Origin: Candidatus Parcubacteria bacterium
Lineage (GTDB): Bacteria > Patescibacteriota > Minisyncoccia > Sungbacterales > SURF-37
Direction: 5' to 3'
Length of the DNA stretch: 64,000 nt
Assembly (NCBI GenBank): GCA_003599755.1
Contig: QZJO01000013.1
Span: 27,729-91,728, forward strand
A program made the translations under genes and the position numbers. The first letter of the stretch is position 1. Each line of letters opens with the position of its first letter. Of this stretch, positions 63,464 to 64,000 are shown piece by piece. The notes under the pieces are model-generated. The model did not search any database. It saw nothing but the letters and a program-made list of their open reading frames with translations, and was not told where the DNA came from.

Positions 63464-64000
63464 ATGAAAAAATCCCGAAAGGTCCGGGGCAAGACATTCA
63501 TCGTGCTCGGCATTTCCGGCTCGGGCAAAGATACCCAAGCACAGTTTTTACTGAAGGCCATTGGGGGCCATCGGTTAAGCACGGGCGACGGCCTGCGCGC
63601 GATGGCCAAAAAGAAGAATATGGTCGGTCGATACGTCGCGCGCGCCCTGAAGCGCGGGGGGCTCTTACCGGCGTGGGCGCCGATTTATCTCTGGCTTTTC
63701 GAATTCATCAACGATCTCGAAGGCGACGAATCAGTGATTTTCACGAGCGGCCCGCGGCGCGTCGAGGAAGCCCAGCTCTTGGATGTATTCTGCCATGACC
63801 TTGGTCGCGCCGCGCCCGTCGCGATCCATCTTGCACTGCCGATTCGGGTGGCGCGCGAGCGGCTGATGGCTCGGCGACGGGGCGACGACACGCCGCAGGC
63901 CATTGAAGGGCGCCTGCGCTTTTACGAAGAGCATGTGCGCGATGTTATCGCGTATTTCCGGCGCAAAGGACGGTTGATATCGATTAACGGCAACCAGTCG
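63464..64000 (+). CDS. adk: Adenylate kinase (5' portion; runs off the window end)
   Basis: MKKSRKVRGKTFIVLGISGSGKDTQAQFL… (P-loop) …RRGDDTP… Canonical position after secY. No stop before 64000. Confidence 0.7.
   Translation, partial: MKKSRKVRGKTFIVLGISGSGKDTQAQFLLKAIGGHRLSTGDGLRAMAKKKNMVGRYVARALKRGGLLPAWAPIYLWLFEFINDLEGDESVIFTSGPRRVEEAQLLDVFCHDLGRAAPVAIHLALPIRVARERLMARRRGDDTPQAIEGRLRFYEEHVRDVIAYFRRKGRLISINGNQS

Overview
This is a 64-kb chromosomal segment of a high-GC bacterium (by eye over 60% GC, with a few conspicuous low-GC patches). Almost all of it is conserved housekeeping content. Reading left to right, the main blocks are:
- a large membrane-anchored repeat protein;
- an aminoacyl-tRNA-synthetase-rich block: glyQS, an M16 peptidase, an AI-2E permease, metG, tatD, leuS, tsaC, glyA, folD, a PAP2 phosphatase and a GT4 glycosyltransferase;
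- a tRNA-Leu(CAA) locus next to a low-GC transporter gene;
- glmS, parA, a small low-GC ORF, parB, topA and dprA;
- pyrF plus a PRTase-like gene, a short mfd, pth, lepB and hisS;
- HIT, rpsU, yqeY, ybeY, ftsA and ftsZ;
- a B12-dependent class II RNR (nrdJ) followed by a corrinoid adenosyltransferase;
- ComEC split into two genes, a long adenylate-kinase-like gene with a Nudix gene, and a DksA/TraR-like gene;
- a complex tRNA-Pro locus, rpmB and an M50 protease;
- the str-S10-spc ribosomal operons (rpsL, rpsG, fusA, tuf, rpsJ ... rplO, secY, adk).
There is no L30 gene (rpmD) between rpsE and rplO, and S14 is the short zinc-binding type. Together with the small compact genes this is consistent with a CPR/Patescibacteria-like organism, but that is an inference.
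The features the housekeeping map does not explain are:
1. A family of exactly 113-bp MITE-like palindromic elements with terminal inverted repeats and 5-bp target duplications (ATGAG/ATGGA), inserted precisely at start codons inside operons so that the duplication regenerates the ATG. There are three copies: before the HIT gene, before rpsQ and before rplF.
2. A Nudix hydrolase domain of about 140 aa inserted in-frame inside leuS.
3. A tRNA-Pro(GGG) gene bracketed by the 5' and 3' pieces of a second tRNA whose acceptor-stem halves are perfectly complementary to each other, plus flanking inverted repeats.
4. A tRNA-Leu(CAA) gene followed by a diverged 3' tRNA fragment and a low-GC transporter gene.
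5. Three small low-GC ORFs wedged into otherwise universally conserved operon junctions (parA/parB and rpsG/fusA), plus a Phd/YefM-like ORF between fusA and tuf.
6. A second intergenic repeat family (CCGGTAGTAGAACTTCGAA ... GGGTATACC) at divergent-promoter regions.
No CRISPR array, rRNA gene, transposase or integrase is visible. All calls are from reading the sequence and the supplied ORF track; no tools or database searches were run.
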